A stretch of DNA of 64,000 bases from an uncultured Holophaga sp. Lineage in GTDB: Bacteria; Acidobacteriota; Holophagae; Holophagales; Holophagaceae. Below the pieces are notes generated by a model. It was not told the DNA's origin. It made no database searches and was given only the letters and a program-made list of their open reading frames with translations. Positions 39,211 to 52,019 of this stretch are shown piece by piece; the first letter of the stretch is position 1; each line of letters starts with the position of its first letter. The DNA lies in the NCBI GenBank assembly GCA_963664825.1, contig OY761614.1, positions 1,344,001 through 1,408,000 of the forward strand. The letters are read 5' to 3'. A program made the translations under genes and the position numbers.

Positions 39211-41142
39211 TCAGGCCTGGGTCGTGAAGTTCAGGAGGCCTCCCGCCAAGAGGATCTGACGCTGGCGCTGGGAGAGGGCGTAGGTGCAGGACACGGGTTT
39301 CTGGCCAGCGACCTGGAGAAGGATGGGCTCGCCCTTCTCGATGGCCTGCCTCCAATCGGGAGCCTCCAAGGCCACGCCGACCTCGATGCGATCGTAGTCG
39401 GCGGGGTTCTCGAAGAGCAGGGGCAGAATGCCGAAGTTCACGAGGTTGGCGGCGTGGATGCGTTCGAAGGATTTCGCCACCACCGCCTTCACGCCCAGGT
39501 ACATCGGGCACATGGCCGCATGCTCGCGGCTGGAGCCCTGGCCGTAGGATTCCCCGGCCACGATGACATTGTGGAGGCCCTTGTCCCTATTCTCCATGCA
39601 GCGGGTGGAGAAGGTGCCGTCCACATTCTCGAAGACAAACTTGGCGTAGGTCGGCACATTGGAGCGGTACTTCAGGCGGGCCCCGGCGGGCATGATGTGG
39701 TCGGTGGTGATCTTCTCGCCCACCTTGATGGTCGCCAGGCCCTTGAGGGAGGCGGGCATGGGCTCATTGCTGGGGGGTTCGCCGATATTGGGGCCGCGGA
39801 AGATCTGGGTACCCCGGGCGGCCTCGGAGGGGAAGATGAACATGGAGTCGTCCACCAGGAAGCTCTCGGGCTCCTGGATGCCGGGGTACGGAATGCCCGG
39901 GGTGGAGGGATCCGTGAAGGTGCCCGTGAGGGCGGCCAGGGCGGCCACCTCAGGGCTCACCAGGTAGACCTGGGCGTCCTTGGTGCCGCTCCGCGCCTCG
40001 AAATTGCGGTTGGAGGTGCGCAGGCTCACGCCGCCGCTCTTGGGGGAGAAGTGGTTGCCGATGCAGAAGCCGCAGGCCGATTCCAGGATGCGGGCCCCGC
40101 TATCGAGCATATCGGCCATGCTGCCGTCCCGGCTGAGCATTTGGAGCACCTGGCGGGAACCCGGCGCGATGCCCAGGCTCACGTTCTCATTCACCCGGTG
40201 CCCCTTGAGGATGGCGGCCGTGGTGCGCATATCCTTGAGGCTGGAATTGGTGCAGGAGCCGATGCAGACCTGGTCGACCTTCATCCCGGCCAGTTCCTTC
40301 ACGGACTTGACGTTGCCGGGGCTGTGGGGGCAGGCGGCCAGGGGCTCGATGGAACCTAGGTCCACCTCGATGACCCGGTCAAAGGAGGCGCCTTCGTCAT
40401 CCTTCAGTTCGCTCCAATCCTGTTCGCGCCCTTGAGCCTTGAGGAAGGCGCGGGTCACGGAATCGCTGGGGAAGATGGAGGTCGTCACACCCATCTCGGC
40501 GCCCATATTGGTGATGGTGGCGCGCTGAGGCACGGAGAGGGTCTCCACGCCGGGACCGCCGTATTCGAGCACCACGCCCACGTTGCCCTTGGTGGTGAGC
40601 AGGCTGAGCATGTGGAGCACCACGTCCTTGGCGGTCACCCAGGGGCGCAGGCTGCCCTTGAGACGGGCCAGATAGACCTTGGGGGCCGTCAGATAGAAGT
40701 TCCCGCCGCCCATGGCCACAGCCACGTCCAGGCCGCCGGCGCCGACGGCGATCTGGCCGATGCCGCCGCCCGTGGGCGTATGGCTATCGGAACCCAGCAG
40801 GGTCGTGCCGGGCTTGCCGAAGCGCTCCAGGTGGACCTGATGGCAGATGCCATTGCCGGGGCGGGAATAGACCAGGCCGAAGCGCTGGGCGATGGTCTGG
40901 AGGTAGCGGTGGTCATCGGCATTCTCGAAGCCCACCTGGACCGTGTTGTGGTCCACATAGGACACGGAGAGATCGGTCTTGATGGCGGGCAAGCCCATCG
41001 CCTCGAACTGCAGGTAGGCCATGGTGCCCGTGGCGTCCTGGGTGAGGGTCTGGTCGATGCGGATGCCGATCTCCTGGCCGACGACGTATTCGCCTTCGCG
41101 CAGGTGAGCCTGGAGGATCTTCTGAACGATGTTGCGCTGCAT
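39211..41142 (-). CDS. Aconitate hydratase (short ~640 aa type)
   Basis: QDATGTMA, GICHQV, GSDSHT, IGSCTNSS, ACGFCIG, TSNRNF, ITTDHI, YGQGSSREHA. Confidence 0.93.
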   Translation of the reverse strand: MQRNIVQKILQAHLREGEYVVGQEIGIRIDQTLTQDATGTMAYLQFEAMGLPAIKTDLSVSYVDHNTVQVGFENADDHRYLQTIAQRFGLVYSRPGNGICHQVHLERFGKPGTTLLGSDSHTPTGGGIGQIAVGAGGLDVAVAMGGGNFYLTAPKVYLARLKGSLRPWVTAKDVVLHMLSLLTTKGNVGVVLEYGGPGVETLSVPQRATITNMGAEMGVTTSIFPSDSVTRAFLKAQGREQDWSELKDDEGASFDRVIEVDLGSIEPLAACPHSPGNVKSVKELAGMKVDQVCIGSCTNSSLKDMRTTAAILKGHRVNENVSLGIAPGSRQVLQMLSRDGSMADMLDSGARILESACGFCIGNHFSPKSGGVSLRTSNRNFEARSGTKDAQVYLVSPEVAALAALTGTFTDPSTPGIPYPGIQEPESFLVDDSMFIFPSEAARGTQIFRGPNIGEPPSNEPMPASLKGLATIKVGEKITTDHIMPAGARLKYRSNVPTYAKFVFENVDGTFSTRCMENRDKGLHNVIVAGESYGQGSSREHAAMCPMYLGVKAVVAKSFERIHAANLVNFGILPLLFENPADYDRIEVGVALEAPDWRQAIEKGEPILLQVAGQKPVSCTYALSQRQRQILLAGGLLNFTTQA

Positions 41143-41157
41143 GGTGTCTCCGGTGCG

Positions 41158-43569
<2,412 letters not shown>

Positions 43570-43575
43570 CTAAAC

Positions 43576-43591
43576 GCGAGATGCGTGCCAA
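43576..43591 (-). promoter_or_regulatory. Sigma54 -24/-12 promoter for icd-acn-cit operon
   Basis: Minus strand TTGGCAC-GCATC-TCGC, correct GG-N10-GC spacing; adjacent sigma54 activator gene. Confidence 0.75.
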
Positions 43592-43716
43592 TTCCTCGAA
43601 GCGCACAAGGTTCCCCGAAGGAGCGCGTCATCCAGGCGGGCTGCGGCCCCGGGAGCCCCCCTCTCTCTCCGCCGGGAATGAGGGCATCACCCAGCCCCGG
43701 TTAATGGGCCAATAGG

Positions 43717-45753
43717 TTAAACAGTCGACCTATTCTTTGACCAGTTAATGAATGATTTCCCAATGCTCGAGAGTTCCGTGCCCTGGCGGCCCACGCTGGA
43801 GCGCACCAGCCCCAGCTCGGCCAGCAGCTGGAGGACGCCCCTCACCTCGGCCTCGCTCAAGGGGTTCCCCTGACCCTGGAGGGCGGTCTTGATGCTATTC
43901 CGCCCCGCCCTGAGGCCTCGGTTGGCAAACTGATCCAGGATCCCCAACACTCCCAGGGCCCGGTCCAGACCGCAGCGGGCGCCCAGGATGGCCTCCTCCG
44001 CTCCGAAGGATTCGGTCCGGCTCACCAGGTAGGCGGGTAGAGCCTCTACGGTGACCGTGGATTTGGCCATGAGGGTGATGTGGTTGGCCACATTCCCCAG
44101 TTCCCGGATATTCCCGGGCCACGCGTAGTGCTGCAGGAGTTCCCGAGCCTCGGCCGTGAAGGTCAGGCGGGCCTGGTGCTGTTCGGCCAGGAAGTGCTTC
44201 AGCAGGGGGAAAATATCCTCCGGCCGCTCCCTCAAGGGGGGCACGATCAGGGAGAGGGCGTTGAGGCGGTAGTAGAGATCCTCCCGGAACTGCCCGGCCT
44301 GGATGCGTTCCCGCAGATTGCGGTTCGTGGCCGCGATGACCCGGATATTCACCTGGGTCAGCTTGGTGGAACCCACCCGCATGATCTGGCGCTCCTGGAG
44401 GACCCGCAGCAGCTTGGCCTGGAGCATGGGCGGCATGTCCCCGATCTCATCGAGAAAGACCGTGCCATTGTTCGCCTGCTCGAAGAGGCCCTCCTTGCCC
44501 TCCCGGAGGGCCCCAGTGAAGGATCCGCCCACGTACCCGAAGAGTTCGCTCTCCAGCAGGTTCTCGGGCACGGCTGCGCAGTTCACGGCCACGAAGGGCT
44601 GCTTCTCCCGGGGGGAGGCGTTGTGGATGGACTGGGCCAGCAACTCCTTGCCCGTGCCACTCTCCCCCATGATGAGCACCGTGAATTCCGAACCCGCGAT
44701 CCGCTTGGCCAGTTCGATGCACTGGCGCATCGCTGGGGAATGGGTGAGCACATCGGGGAAGGTGTAGCGGGCCGTGAGGCCGCGCTCCCTCAGCTTGCGG
44801 CTCAGGTTCTGCTCCAGCTGGCGGATGTAGGTCACCTCCTGGAAATTGAAGTAGCTGCCGCTGGGCTCGCCAAAATAGTGGATGTCCTGACGATTGACCA
44901 CCAGGGAATGGCCCTTGGTCTCGACGATCCACTCCCGGCTCTGCTCCTGCCCCAGGATCTCCTGGATCTCCGGAGCGAAGACCTCGAGGCCGCGGCCCAG
45001 GATGTCCTCCCGCAGATCGAGCATCTCGGCCAGGGCCTGGTTATGGAGGGCGATCTTTCCCTGGTTATTGATCAGCAGGATGCCTTCGTGGGCCAGATTG
45101 ATGATCGTGTCCAGTTCGATATTGCGCTTGAAGAGGTCCTTGTACTGGTGGTTGACCCCCGTATCCAGGGTGACGTTGTTCTGGGAATAGCGCAGCAGCC
45201 GCTGATCGATATCCCGGTCCACGATGCGCAGCCGGATGATGATCTCGATGAAGGTGGAGATATCGATGCAGCGGTGCCCGATATCAATGACGGTGGAGAT
45301 GTGCTCGGGCACGAGATCCCGCTCGCCGGGGGTGACGGCGATATGGATATCGGAACAATCCATGCCCTCTTCAAACGGGATGAAGTGCAGGTGGTTGAAC
45401 TCCAACTGCTGCATGAGGGCCACCATCTCCATGGTGGTCTCGGGCAGGTTATTGACCACCAGCACCTGGGTGCCCGGAGGAAGGGTGAAGATGCGGTGGG
45501 CATCGCTCTCCCGGATGGTGCGATGCACCGCCAGGATCCGCCGGGCCTCGGCCACGTGGTTCTGCACCTCCAGGGCCTTGCTTTGGGTGGTCACCAGCAC
45601 CAGATCGGCTTCGATGGGTTCGCAGGGTTTGAGGTTCTCGAAGAAGTGGCTGCGGATCTCCACGCGACCCCCGAGGACCTCCATCAGGTCCCGGCCCAGC
45701 ACATCGCCCAATTGCGAGTTCCGCTGGTCGGTGATCAAGGCGATCCGCTTCAT
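43717..45753 (-). CDS. Sigma54-dependent enhancer-binding protein (sensor region, PAS-like, AAA+, C-terminal winged HTH)
   Basis: GESGTGKE, ESELFGY..GSFTGA, FLDEIGDM, FREDLYYRL, WPGNIREL. Confidence 0.95.
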   Translation of the reverse strand: MKRIALITDQRNSQLGDVLGRDLMEVLGGRVEIRSHFFENLKPCEPIEADLVLVTTQSKALEVQNHVAEARRILAVHRTIRESDAHRIFTLPPGTQVLVVNNLPETTMEMVALMQQLEFNHLHFIPFEEGMDCSDIHIAVTPGERDLVPEHISTVIDIGHRCIDISTFIEIIIRLRIVDRDIDQRLLRYSQNNVTLDTGVNHQYKDLFKRNIELDTIINLAHEGILLINNQGKIALHNQALAEMLDLREDILGRGLEVFAPEIQEILGQEQSREWIVETKGHSLVVNRQDIHYFGEPSGSYFNFQEVTYIRQLEQNLSRKLRERGLTARYTFPDVLTHSPAMRQCIELAKRIAGSEFTVLIMGESGTGKELLAQSIHNASPREKQPFVAVNCAAVPENLLESELFGYVGGSFTGALREGKEGLFEQANNGTVFLDEIGDMPPMLQAKLLRVLQERQIMRVGSTKLTQVNIRVIAATNRNLRERIQAGQFREDLYYRLNALSLIVPPLRERPEDIFPLLKHFLAEQHQARLTFTAEARELLQHYAWPGNIRELGNVANHITLMAKSTVTVEALPAYLVSRTESFGAEEAILGARCGLDRALGVLGILDQFANRGLRAGRNSIKTALQGQGNPLSEAEVRGVLQLLAELGLVRSSVGRQGTELSSIGKSFINWSKNRSTV

Positions 45754-45848
45754 GCCATCTCCACTGGACAGACTGTCAGGGATGGGCGCTTTTTCAAGTG
45801 CGATCCGAGGGCCGTTTGGGGCATTCTTTAAGGTTCGGAGCATACGGA

Positions 45849-46526
45849 ATGGCCATCAATCCCAAGAGCAAGGAAATCCAGGTCCAGAAGCCGGCCCAGA
45901 GCCTGCAAGCCTTTCAGCAGAAGCTGGCCCGGGGGGAGGACTCCCAGACCACCCTCCTCAAGCCCCTGCTCATCGGGGCGGGGATCGTGGCCGTCCTGGT
46001 GCTAAGCACCTTCGGCTTCCTGGCCTGGCGCGCCAATGTGCTCGAGAAGCACGAGGTGGCCGTGACCGAACTCCTCACGGAAGTGCAAGGGGACGGCCTG
46101 AGCCCCGTGCCCCCCGCTGAGCTGGAGCAGCGCATGCGGGCCCACCTGCCTCAATTGGAGGCCCTGGCCAAGGGCGCCCCGAGCGCCGCCGCGGCCACCA
46201 CCCAGGGTCTCCTGGCCTCCTGGCGCCTCCAACTGGATGGCCAGGCCCCCCAGGCGCCTGAGGGTACGGACCCCTGGGCCCGGCTGCGCTTGTCCCAGCG
46301 GCAGCTCGCCCTGGCCCAGGCCGACGCTGTGGCCTCGACCCTCCAGCCCCTGCGCCATGCCGCCAAGCCCGATACGCCCTGGGCCCCCCTCTACTGGACC
46401 ACCCTGTTGGAACTCCACCGCCTGAAGGGGGACCGGGACCAGGCGTGGCAGGACTATGCCGAGTACAAGGCCCTCTTCAAGGACCGCGCCGATCCTTCCT
46501 TCGAGAAGGTGCTGGCCAGCATCTGA
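45849..46526 (+). CDS. Single-TM helical hypothetical protein (YfgM/TPR-like)
   Basis: One hydrophobic segment then alpha-helical repeats; 31 bp upstream of pdp. Confidence 0.6.
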   Translation: MAINPKSKEIQVQKPAQSLQAFQQKLARGEDSQTTLLKPLLIGAGIVAVLVLSTFGFLAWRANVLEKHEVAVTELLTEVQGDGLSPVPPAELEQRMRAHLPQLEALAKGAPSAAAATTQGLLASWRLQLDGQAPQAPEGTDPWARLRLSQRQLALAQADAVASTLQPLRHAAKPDTPWAPLYWTTLLELHRLKGDRDQAWQDYAEYKALFKDRADPSFEKVLASI

Positions 46527-46557
46527 TTGCACTTCTAACCCGCCTTCGGGAGTTCCC

Positions 46558-47859
46558 ATGCGCATGTACGATTTGATCTACACCAAGAAGATGGGCGGAG
46601 CCCTCTCCCCCGAACAGATCGCCTTCTGGACCAAGGGCGCCGCCGATGGCAGCCTCACCGATGAGCAGAGCGCGGCGCTCCTGATGGCCATCTGCTGGCG
46701 CGGTATGAATACAGAGGAGACGCTGGCTCTCACCCTGAATATGCGCGACTCCGGCGACCGGGTGGATCTCTCCTCCGTGCCCGGCGTGAAGGTGGACAAG
46801 CACAGCACGGGCGGCGTGGGAGACAAGACCACGCTGATCCTCGGCCCCATCGTCGCGGCCTGCGGCGTGCCCTGCGCCATGTTCAGCGGTCGTGGCCTGG
46901 GTCACACGGGCGGCACCGTGGACAAATACGCCGCCATCCCGGGGCTCCGGGTCGAACTCGATATCGACCAGTTCAAGGAGAGCCTCCTCCAGACCGGTTT
47001 CGCTAATAGCGCCCCCACCGGCGATATCTGTCCCGCCGACCGCAAGCTCTACGCGCTGCGGGACGTGACAGCGACCGTCGAATCCATTCCCCTCATCACA
47101 GCCAGCATCATGTCCAAGAAGCTGGCCGGCGGCAGTGACGCCCTCGTGCTGGACGTGAAGTGCGGCGGCGGGGCCTTCATGAAGACGCCGGAGGATTCCA
47201 AGGCCCTGGCCCAGAGCATGGTGAATGTGGGCAAGGCCCATGGGGTGAAGATCAAGGCTCTCATCACGCGCATGGAAGAGCCCCTGGGCTGGGCCATCGG
47301 CAACGCCCTCGAGGTCGTGGAATCCGTGGAGATCCTCAAGGGCATGCATGGGGAGAGCGATCTGGCTCAGATGAGCTTCCGCCTGGCCGCCGAGATGCTC
47401 GTCCTGGGTGGCGTGGCGAAGAACTTGGCCGAGGCTCAGGCCCTGGTGAAGGAATCGGTCGCCTCCGGCCGAGCCATGGAGGCCTTCCGGAAGTGGACGA
47501 CCTTCAACGGCGGCGACGCCGCCTCCCTCGATGATTTCAGCCGCCTGCCCCAGCCCGGCAAGGTGGTGGAGATCAAGGCCACCCATGATGGTTGGATCCA
47601 GGCCGTGGATAGTCGCGCCCTGGGCCTCCTGGGCATGGAACTGGGAGCCGGACGGCGCAGCAAGAACGATGTGCTTGATCTGGGCGTGGGCATTCGCCTG
47701 CACCACAACGTGGGTGACCGCGTGAAGATCGGAGACACCCTATTCACGGTCTACGCTAAACAGGGCAGTGAGATTCCCGTGGAGCGCTACCTCGAGACCC
47801 TGAGCCTCCGGGCCCAGCTCGTCCCCAAGACATCCTGGCTGCTCGACACCGTCGAATAA
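46558..47859 (+). CDS. pdp: Thymidine/pyrimidine-nucleoside phosphorylase
   Basis: DKHSTGGVGDK, SGRGLGHTGGT, YALRDVTATV, SIMSKK, LDVKCG.GAFMK. Confidence 0.96.
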   Translation: MRMYDLIYTKKMGGALSPEQIAFWTKGAADGSLTDEQSAALLMAICWRGMNTEETLALTLNMRDSGDRVDLSSVPGVKVDKHSTGGVGDKTTLILGPIVAACGVPCAMFSGRGLGHTGGTVDKYAAIPGLRVELDIDQFKESLLQTGFANSAPTGDICPADRKLYALRDVTATVESIPLITASIMSKKLAGGSDALVLDVKCGGGAFMKTPEDSKALAQSMVNVGKAHGVKIKALITRMEEPLGWAIGNALEVVESVEILKGMHGESDLAQMSFRLAAEMLVLGGVAKNLAEAQALVKESVASGRAMEAFRKWTTFNGGDAASLDDFSRLPQPGKVVEIKATHDGWIQAVDSRALGLLGMELGAGRRSKNDVLDLGVGIRLHHNVGDRVKIGDTLFTVYAKQGSEIPVERYLETLSLRAQLVPKTSWLLDTVE

Positions 47860-47878
47860 AGTCCAACAGACAACCAGT

Positions 47879-47914
47879 TCCAGGCCTCGAAAGTTCCTGC
47901 TTTCGAGGCCTGGA
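47879..47914. terminator. 15 bp perfect inverted repeat after pdp (terminator or mRNA-stabilising hairpin)
   Basis: tccaggcctcgaaag-ttcctg-ctttcgaggcctgga; weak U-tract. Confidence 0.6.
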
Positions 47915-48105
47915 TTGCGTTTGCACGGATTTTAAAAAGGTTCCCGAAAATTTGGCGAGGCATGACTTTTTGGTTGCATTCCGAGCGGGACGTGGGATAA
48001 CTGGCCAACCTTCATTCACAACTTGAGCTTTTGAACACCCCGAGAGGGGTTTTCGTCGTTCCCTCCCCCGCGGCTTTGGCCGCGCCTTACCAAAGGAGTT
48101 ATTCC

Positions 48106-51100
48106 ATGACTCGAAACTCCAGGCTCCTCAGCTGCATCGTGGCGGGCCTTTGCACCGCCGGGATGGTCCAGGCCCAACAGACCTTCGGTGCCTTCAAGGG
48201 GCGCATCACAGACAAGGCGACCGGCGCTCCCAAAGGGGGTGTGCTCATCACAATCGATAACCAGGCCACTGGATATCATCGCCAAGGCGTATCCAACAGC
48301 GACGGGACCTTCCGTTTCTCCGTGGTGCCCCTTGGAAATTACCGCATCCTCTTCAAATCCCCCGATTCCACCGCTTCCATGATCCGCACTTCCATGCTGG
48401 GCACCGAAACAGAGGCCTCTGTCTCCATGGCTCCCGCCGCCACAGCGAGCGTCACAGTCGTAGCCACTGCCGATACCGTAGACCAAGCCAATACGACCTC
48501 GGCTGAAGTGGGCGTGAATGTCTCCTCTGAACGGCTGGAATCCCTGCCTGTCCTCAGTCGGAACGTGATTTCAGCGGCTGTCCTGGCTCCAGGCGTCCAG
48601 CTCATTGGTGGTTCCAACGTCGATCCCACGAAGAAGAGTGCGACCTACATGTCCACGGGCGAGGGCCAGGGGCGCGGCACCAATTTTAACATCGACGGCG
48701 GTGATAACAATTCTTCGGACGTGGGTGGTAATGTTTCCCCCATTCCCATGGATGCCATCGGCGAATTCCAGGTCGTCACCAATCAGTACAAGGCCGAGTT
48801 CGGCCGTTCCAATGCAGGTTTCCTGAACGTGGTGTCCAAGGCTGGCTCCAACACCTTCTCCGGGATCGTCAGCGGTCAGTATACCAACCAGGACCTGCGC
48901 GCCCGCAGCACGGACGAAGGGGACAAGAAGGACAACAACAGCCGAACGATTGCCGCCCTCGTCAGCGGTCCCATAGTGAAGGACAAGCTCTTCTACATGC
49001 TGTCCATGGAGCGCAAGGACGAAGAGGGTGCCGCTGCCACCTTCGCTCCACAATCGATCGCAACTTGGCCAACCCTGGGAAGCATCAAGACTAAGTTGAA
49101 GGAGACTGTGGCCTATCTACGCCTAGACTGGGCCGCTTCCCAGGTCTTGAACGTCACGGCCACCTATGGCTATGACAAGAACGAGACACCCAACCAAGCG
49201 TTCCCACACACCGGCCGCGCCAACGGCAACGTGGATCCATCCATGCTAGGGACGGGCCTGAACAAGACCAACCGATTCAGCTTGAAGGCGACGACCTCCT
49301 TCACGCCCAATGTAATCTGGGAAAGCAACCTGGCCTACTTCGATTACAAGAACGGCATCTCACCCAACGTCGGGGGTGGGGGAATGGGCACTCCCATGGA
49401 GATCCGAACCGTAACCAGTGATCTGCTGGGTATCCCCGCTCCCGACCGAGGCAGGTACGGAGAGGACCCCAACGCCTTCCAGAACACCGGCATCAAGCGC
49501 CTCCAATGGCGGAACGATCTGACCTACATGCTGGGTGATCATTTCTTCAAGGCTGGCCTGGATTTTCAGCACACTGAATACGCCGACCAGAATCTCTTTT
49601 ACCCAGAAACGGGCGTATACCTCATGTATATTGCCGGCATGAATCGTAGCGATATCTACAACCCGACCACCGGTACGAATCCTGTCCTGGCAAATACCAA
49701 TGTGGCTGGTATCAGCCTGACCCCCAATGGATTCCAGTCTGGAGAAAAATACAAACAATACGGCCTATACGCCCAAGATGATTGGACCATCAGCCCGAAA
49801 CTCTCCGTCTACCTTGGTCTTCGTGCCGACACGGATACGGTTTTCGATTTCATGAAGCAGTACCAGCCCCTATACAACCAGATATACGCGTCAAACCCCG
49901 AATTCCTCTGTGGGAGTTCGGTGCCCAAGAACAAGACCTACGTATCGCCCCGCCTGCAGATTGTCTACAAGCCCAAAGGAGATGACAACCTCACCTTCAA
50001 GTTGGGATACGGGAAGTTTGTAGCCAATACCATCGACAACGTGACGGGCTTCTGCCGCCAACTCGGGAACAAGGCCAACGGCATTTCAGGCCTCCTCATC
50101 GGCAACACTGCAGCACTGAGCACCAGCGGTGCACCCGACATCTACGACGTCTACGTCCCCAATTTTTCAAAAGGGACCACCATTTCAAATGTTAACGGCA
50201 ACCCCGTAGTTCTCCCCGCCGATCTTACTCCGTACAACTATGCGAACAATGTGGGGGGCCTTCGCGACTACTTCAAGAACATCGTCAACGGCTGGCTGAC
50301 CACAGCCAGCTACTCCACGGCCGGCAAATACCTCATGGCTTCCGACTTCCAATACCCCACCACGGACACCATTAACCTGGGTGGAACATTCAAGTTCGAT
50401 GAGCACAACACTGTAGACATTCAGTACATTTGGTCCCGCACACAACATTGCACTGTCCAGTATGCAGCGGACGGCGCCCTCGACCCGGACGGCAACCCCG
50501 TGCCACAGGCGTGGTCCCGTGGGCCCGGCGGCGAGAACATGGGCGACACCATTTTCCTGTCCAACCAGACGGCCCGCAGCAACCAGATCCAGGTGAAATA
50601 CTCTTACACCGGTCCGAAGCTATCCGTCCTGTTCAACATCGTGGCCAAGGAGTTCCGCTCCTCCTACGGCGGCAATGCGGGTTCCTTTGACAACACGGGT
50701 TCCGCCGATTTCTATGGCAGCGGCGCCCAAATTCCATGGAACACGGGTCATGAGCGTCTTAGCGCCGGCTCCGAATTCCTCTCTGGCTCCTTTGCCGTGA
50801 ACTATGTTTTCGATTTCGGAACCAAGGTGGGCGTGCTTGGAACTTGGCACAGCGGCAAGTTCTATGACACCTATACAGGCTTCAACGCCGAGATGGGCGC
50901 AGGCAACGAGAATTCAGCCTATCCAATCGACTGGGCCGGAACCCGGGAGGGTGATTGGGCCATGGATCTAGGCTTGCGGGTTTCCCATGCATTCAAGATG
51001 GGTAAGGGCATAACCATCGAACCGTTCCTCCAGGTCGCCAACATTCTGAACAACTACGATTACGGCGCAAATTACGACGGTAATATCAACGATCCGAATA

Positions 51101-51195
51101 GCACAGACCACAATAAGGAATTCGGGAATCGACGTGCCAATTGGCAAGCCAACCAACCTCGCACGGCAGCGGTCGGCTTCCGCCTCACCTTCTGA
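48106..51195 (+). CDS. TonB-dependent receptor (Oar-like, N-terminal carboxypeptidase regulatory-like domain)
   Basis: Signal peptide, SD AAGGAG, NFNIDGGDN, DAIGEFQVVTNQYKAEFGRS, YAQDDW, C-terminal GFRLTF. Confidence 0.93.
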   Translation: MTRNSRLLSCIVAGLCTAGMVQAQQTFGAFKGRITDKATGAPKGGVLITIDNQATGYHRQGVSNSDGTFRFSVVPLGNYRILFKSPDSTASMIRTSMLGTETEASVSMAPAATASVTVVATADTVDQANTTSAEVGVNVSSERLESLPVLSRNVISAAVLAPGVQLIGGSNVDPTKKSATYMSTGEGQGRGTNFNIDGGDNNSSDVGGNVSPIPMDAIGEFQVVTNQYKAEFGRSNAGFLNVVSKAGSNTFSGIVSGQYTNQDLRARSTDEGDKKDNNSRTIAALVSGPIVKDKLFYMLSMERKDEEGAAATFAPQSIATWPTLGSIKTKLKETVAYLRLDWAASQVLNVTATYGYDKNETPNQAFPHTGRANGNVDPSMLGTGLNKTNRFSLKATTSFTPNVIWESNLAYFDYKNGISPNVGGGGMGTPMEIRTVTSDLLGIPAPDRGRYGEDPNAFQNTGIKRLQWRNDLTYMLGDHFFKAGLDFQHTEYADQNLFYPETGVYLMYIAGMNRSDIYNPTTGTNPVLANTNVAGISLTPNGFQSGEKYKQYGLYAQDDWTISPKLSVYLGLRADTDTVFDFMKQYQPLYNQIYASNPEFLCGSSVPKNKTYVSPRLQIVYKPKGDDNLTFKLGYGKFVANTIDNVTGFCRQLGNKANGISGLLIGNTAALSTSGAPDIYDVYVPNFSKGTTISNVNGNPVVLPADLTPYNYANNVGGLRDYFKNIVNGWLTTASYSTAGKYLMASDFQYPTTDTINLGGTFKFDEHNTVDIQYIWSRTQHCTVQYAADGALDPDGNPVPQAWSRGPGGENMGDTIFLSNQTARSNQIQVKYSYTGPKLSVLFNIVAKEFRSSYGGNAGSFDNTGSADFYGSGAQIPWNTGHERLSAGSEFLSGSFAVNYVFDFGTKVGVLGTWHSGKFYDTYTGFNAEMGAGNENSAYPIDWAGTREGDWAMDLGLRVSHAFKMGKGITIEPFLQVANILNNYDYGANYDGNINDPNSTDHNKEFGNRRANWQANQPRTAAVGFRLTF

Positions 51196-51215
51196 CCCAG
51201 ACCCAGAACACTAGC

Positions 51216-51250
51216 AAAAGGAAGGGGCCCTCACGGGTCCCTTCCTTTTT
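51216..51250. terminator. Bidirectional Rho-independent terminator
   Basis: aaaaggaaggggccc-tcac-gggtcccttccttttt between convergent genes. Confidence 0.88.
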
Positions 51251-51266
51251 CGTTCGACTGCTTTCT

Positions 51267-52019
51267 TCACAGTCCCAGCATTTCCTTCAACCTCGGCGTC
51301 ACGCTGCGGCTCACCTCCAGATCCACGCCTTCGGCCACGCGGATGGCGGCGCGACCTCCTTCGAGGGGACGCAGGCCCAGGACGGCCTCGGGGCGCAGAA
51401 GCAGATGGCGCTGGATGCGCAGGAGGCCCGCGCTAGGGAAGGCCTCCTCCACCTCCCCCAGGCTGGTCCAATCGGTGCGCTGGCGCGTGAGTTTGCCCCC
51501 CACAGGGGCCCAGGCGGAAACGACCTCCTCTTCCACTTCGAAGTGGGTGGTGCGCCTCAGTTCCAGGAAGACATGGCCCTCGCCGGCCTTCACGGGGAAG
51601 CGCGGGGAAGCCCCCAGGGCCATCTTGAGTTCACCGGCTTTGCGCCGGGGCACGGCGCCCTGGCGCAGGCGGGCGAGGGCCTTCTCCAGACGCTCGGCGG
51701 AGACGGGCTTCAGGAGGTAATCGGTGGCAGATGCCTCGAAGGCCCGCACGGCGTGCTCGGAAAAGGCCGTCACGAAAACCACCGGCGGGCATTCCTGACC
51801 ATCGGCTAGCTCAGCCATGACCTCCAGGCCCGTGATGCCGGGCATCTGGATATCCAGGAAGAGGGCCTCCACATCATGGCCCTGCTTCAGCCACGCCAAA
51901 ACACTGGGCCCGTCGGGGAGTTCGGCCAGCACCTCGCAGCCCGCCTCCCGCAGCAGGCGGCCCAGCCGCGCCCGGGCCAGGGGTTCGTCATCGGCCAGAG
52001 CTACTCTCAACAGGGTCAT
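51267..52019 (-). CDS. LytTR-family response regulator
   Basis: ADDEPLAR, FLDIQMPG, VFVTAF, DYLLKP, LRIQRHLL, VSRS. Confidence 0.93.
   Translation of the reverse strand: MTLLRVALADDEPLARARLGRLLREAGCEVLAELPDGPSVLAWLKQGHDVEALFLDIQMPGITGLEVMAELADGQECPPVVFVTAFSEHAVRAFEASATDYLLKPVSAERLEKALARLRQGAVPRRKAGELKMALGASPRFPVKAGEGHVFLELRRTTHFEVEEEVVSAWAPVGGKLTRQRTDWTSLGEVEEAFPSAGLLRIQRHLLLRPEAVLGLRPLEGGRAAIRVAEGVDLEVSRSVTPRLKEMLGL

Noticed and set aside
47915..48105. Cobalamin or TPP riboswitch before the TonB receptor
   Set aside because: No B12-box or TPP core motifs recognised by eye; an Rfam scan would be decisive.
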